A stretch of DNA of 64,000 nucleotides from Caldithrix abyssi DSM 13497. GTDB lineage: Bacteria > Electryoneota > AABM5-125-24 > Hatepunaeales > Hatepunaeaceae. The first letter of the stretch is position 1. Each line of letters opens with the position of its first letter. The stretch is from positions 12,374-76,373 of the forward strand of contig CAMBDS010000003.1 of the NCBI GenBank assembly GCA_945865405.1, read 5' to 3'. This document shows, piece after piece, positions 61,205-64,000 of this stretch. A model generated the notes under the pieces. The model made no database searches, was not told the origin of the DNA, and saw only the letters and a program-made list of their open reading frames with translations. The translations under genes were made by a program, and so were the position numbers.

Positions 61205-62569
61205 ATGGCAAACTCGAATTACAACACGCTTATCTTAAGGCCCCCCAACCGGCCCATCCTGTCACTCCTGCTCCTGACAATATTCCTCTCTGTTTCCCAG
61301 CTTCCCCTTTTCGCTCGCGACGACACACACTCTCGCGTCGAGTCGCTCCGCCAAAACCCACGCTACATCTCGGCCTCCGGTGAATCTGCCGATCTCGAGT
61401 CTGCCCGCCACAGTGCTGAAAAAGCCTTGGTCAGCCAGATCCAGATTGCTATCGGTGTCACCAGCTCCTACAATTCCAACGCCGTCGAAACCAATGACGA
61501 CCTGAAGCTTACCACCGAATTTGTCACCCGCCACCAGAGTTACGCCGGGATGCTCTTCAAAGGTCTCGGCTATATCGAGAACCAAAACAAGCAGAACTGG
61601 TCGGTCTTTGCCTACATCCACCGCGACTCACTCGCCGCATCGTATGCTTACCAGAAATCAAAGATCATCGCCCTCACTTCTGCCGGACTCGAATCGGTCA
61701 AACGTGGTAGCCTCAACGACGGGCTGAGGAACCTCCATCAGGCATGGCTATTATCGCATTTTTACCCTGATGCAATCGACTTCTCTGCCTTGCAACTCCA
61801 TCTCCCTTCCAACCCCAAGGTCGCAACGGCGGAACTGATCGATGGATATCTTGCACGACTCGAAATCTCCGCTTCTGATTGTTACCGGGACGACCCGCTG
61901 GTTATAGCCCCCTTAAAATTGACGCTCGACGGCATTCCCGTCAAAGACATGACAATCAGCTACTACGGCGGGCACGGTATGGAGTATGCTCGCGTCTTGA
62001 ACGGTAAAGCCGATCTCCCGTTAAGCTTTCAGCCCATCTCGTCTCAACAACGAATGCTTATCACCGTTGAATACATCTTCGAGACCGAGTTGAAGTCTGA
62101 CCCTGAGCTTGCCGGACTTTACGAGATGTTCGGCACCGGTGATTTCCCTAATCTGAAAACTGTCACTCTCCGCTTTCCTTGGATTATGCCCGCGCCAGCC
62201 GAGCCTATGCCCATCCAACCGACCGCAACGATGGCGACTATAGGCGCAATTCAATCAACCAAAAGTCCCGATCCTATTCCTTCACTCTCCGAGCCTCTCG
62301 CCAACCTCTGGTCGCTCCACTCGACGCCTGAATTTCTCGAGATGTTGGTGCAATACTCTAAGCTTGGCCAGCTCTGCTACGGTCGCAAAACCGACTTCGG
62401 GGACGGGATCGGCTGCCACGTAGCCGTCTTCGACGACGACGAAGTCATCGTCTTTCTCCTCTTTGATGGTGTGCAGTACCGCACTTTGGACGACCGCGGC
62501 ATCTACACCGACCTGTCTGGCGAGTTCCGAGGCCGCCGCCAGGTCTGGATCAAGGAGTCCGACAAATGA
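61205..62569 (+). CDS. Exported protein with an LPP20-like N-terminal domain
   Basis: Signal peptide; YISASG...A...A.KAL.SQI; start ATG 61205 preferred over GTG 61130. Confidence 0.7.
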   Translation: MANSNYNTLILRPPNRPILSLLLLTIFLSVSQLPLFARDDTHSRVESLRQNPRYISASGESADLESARHSAEKALVSQIQIAIGVTSSYNSNAVETNDDLKLTTEFVTRHQSYAGMLFKGLGYIENQNKQNWSVFAYIHRDSLAASYAYQKSKIIALTSAGLESVKRGSLNDGLRNLHQAWLLSHFYPDAIDFSALQLHLPSNPKVATAELIDGYLARLEISASDCYRDDPLVIAPLKLTLDGIPVKDMTISYYGGHGMEYARVLNGKADLPLSFQPISSQQRMLITVEYIFETELKSDPELAGLYEMFGTGDFPNLKTVTLRFPWIMPAPAEPMPIQPTATMATIGAIQSTKSPDPIPSLSEPLANLWSLHSTPEFLEMLVQYSKLGQLCYGRKTDFGDGIGCHVAVFDDDEVIVFLLFDGVQYRTLDDRGIYTDLSGEFRGRRQVWIKESDK

Positions 62570-63705
62570 CTCAACCTCTCAACTTTCTTGGAGAGCGGCT
62601 TTTCAAGCCGCTCGATTCCCCACCGCTTGCGGGGGGGACAAAGGGGGGGTGTACACTTAACGTTCCCCTGCAGACCCGCCGTGGTCGGCAGAATATCAAC
62701 AACAACGCGCGTGTAGCCCGGCCAGCTTCGCTGGGCGGGTCCCATTTTCCTCTTTCCGTTTTCCTCTTTCCTCTTTCTCTCATTCTCTTATTCTCTTCCC
62801 CCTCTTTCGCCCTCACCAGCACCGTCAACCTTTCCGGCGACTTCGACCCGAATCTCAAAGAGCAAATAAGAGCCTCCCTTACCTTGACACTCAACCGCTT
62901 GGTTCCCGCCAACTGGGACGACATCAAGTCTAAATTCACCCCCGGAGGCTTGAAAAGCTTGGCCGAGCTTTCCACCCAGACAAAAATGGTCAACGTCAAT
63001 CCACTTTACGAAACCGACCTGCTGGCATTGCCCGGCGGTGGTTGGGAGGTTCGCAACATCAAAGTACTGCTCGACACTCGCGGCCTTCCCGGCAACCCCT
63101 ACCAGCATCTGGTCTTCTCCTTCACGCCCGAAGGACTGATTGCCGATGTCCGTTTTGCCATCGAGCAACAACAGTACGAAAACGTCTTCAAGCCCTCGCT
63201 CCATTTGCAGGACGCTGCACACCGCCAGCAAATCCTCCAGTTTGTCGAGATTTTTCGCACAGCTTATAACCGCAAAGACCTCGACTTCCTGAAAGGCGTT
63301 TACAGCGATGACGCCCTCATCATCGTCGGCAAGGTTCTAAAACCGAAGGCTGGCTCCGGCGACCTGCTTGAGCACTCGCACCTGACTCGCGAGCGAATCG
63401 CCTTCATCCGCGAGAGCAAACAAGAGTACATCACCAAACTTCAAAAGGTTTTCGCCAACAACGAATTCATAAAGGTCGGTTTCGCTGACATCGAGCTTCT
63501 CCGTCACCCGACAATTGACCAGATCTACGGTGTCACTTTAAGGCAGGATTGGCGCTCCTCATCTTACGAGGATCACGGCTGGCTCTTCTTGATGATCGAC
63601 TTCCGCAAACCGGAACAACCCCTGATTCACGTCCGTTCGTGGCAGCCTGAGCGCTTCAGTGACGGCTCTGTCGTCAGCCTCGGCGACTTCGAGGTCATTG
63701 AATGA
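62566..63705 (+). CDS. Exported protein with a C-terminal NTF2-like domain and a repeat-derived N-terminus
   Basis: ATGA overlap with the upstream stop; FRTAYNRKD...SDDALIIVG...Q.W.S..Y.D.G.LFL..DF...P.IHVRSWQ. Confidence 0.75.
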   Translation: MTQPLNFLGERLFKPLDSPPLAGGTKGGCTLNVPLQTRRGRQNINNNARVARPASLGGSHFPLSVFLFPLSLILLFSSPSFALTSTVNLSGDFDPNLKEQIRASLTLTLNRLVPANWDDIKSKFTPGGLKSLAELSTQTKMVNVNPLYETDLLALPGGGWEVRNIKVLLDTRGLPGNPYQHLVFSFTPEGLIADVRFAIEQQQYENVFKPSLHLQDAAHRQQILQFVEIFRTAYNRKDLDFLKGVYSDDALIIVGKVLKPKAGSGDLLEHSHLTRERIAFIRESKQEYITKLQKVFANNEFIKVGFADIELLRHPTIDQIYGVTLRQDWRSSSYEDHGWLFLMIDFRKPEQPLIHVRSWQPERFSDGSVVSLGDFEVIE

Positions 63706-64000
63706 GCAAAACACTCTCCACTGCCGACTCAACTCGGGTATGGGCGACTTCAGTCGCCCATTTTCCGCAGGCAGACGCCCTCGTCTGCCTGCGATCAACG
63801 TCGCGTGCAACCCGCACAACTTCGCTGGGCGGGTCCTCGGGGAGGACAGACATTCTTGTCTGTCACCATGTTTCTGCCGCAGGGTGTCCTCACCCTGCGG
63901 ACTTGGAGGGCGGACTTTCAGTCCGCTCTTACCCTAATCCCCACCGCTTGCGGGGGGGACAAAGGGGGGTGTACTCCTTGATCAGTCCCTTCTGCCGCAG
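63702..64000 (+). CDS. Partial ORF running off the window, built from stacked REP palindromes
   Basis: ATG 63702 overlaps the TGA at 63703-63705; 99 codons open to the window end (translated by hand); no recognisable domain. Confidence 0.4.
   Translation, partial: MSKTLSTADSTRVWATSVAHFPQADALVCLRSTSRATRTTSLGGSSGRTDILVCHHVSAAGCPHPADLEGGLSVRSYPNPHRLRGGQRGVYSLISPFCR

Overview
Bacterial chromosome segment. The lineage is probably an uncultured FCB-group bacterium, inferred from two proteins with a T9SS-type C-terminal sorting domain (PNPFN motif). Positions 1-24.5 kb hold the core translation/transcription cluster on the minus strand: thrU-tyr-gly-thrT-tufB...rpmG-trp-secE-nusG-rplKA-rplJ/L-rpoB-rpoC-rpsLG-fusA-tufA-rpsJ-rplCDWB. 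Accessory genes interrupt it at four junctions, and L10 and L7/L12 lie in one uninterrupted ORF. Positions 24.7-60.2 kb are housekeeping and accessory genes, also on the minus strand. They include cysS, purF, folBK, pyrG, kdsB, gatC, toxin-antitoxin modules and a PIF1 helicase. Two blocks there look archaeal: (i) UbiA + two DGGR-like geranylgeranyl reductases + ferredoxin + CDP-alcohol phosphatidyltransferase, and (ii) an intact gatE-gatD pair (Glu-tRNA(Gln) amidotransferase, normally an archaeal signature) about 1.3 kb from gatC. From 60.4 kb an LPP20 lipoprotein operon runs on the plus strand. The window is rich in REP-like palindromes and 7-nt tandem tracts, and several sit in frame inside protein-coding genes. 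I saw no CRISPR array, rRNA or transposase. Best leads: bacterial GatDE, the L10-L12 fusion, the archaeal-type lipid cluster, and repeat-derived peptide insertions. All family calls come from motifs recognised by eye; no database search was run.
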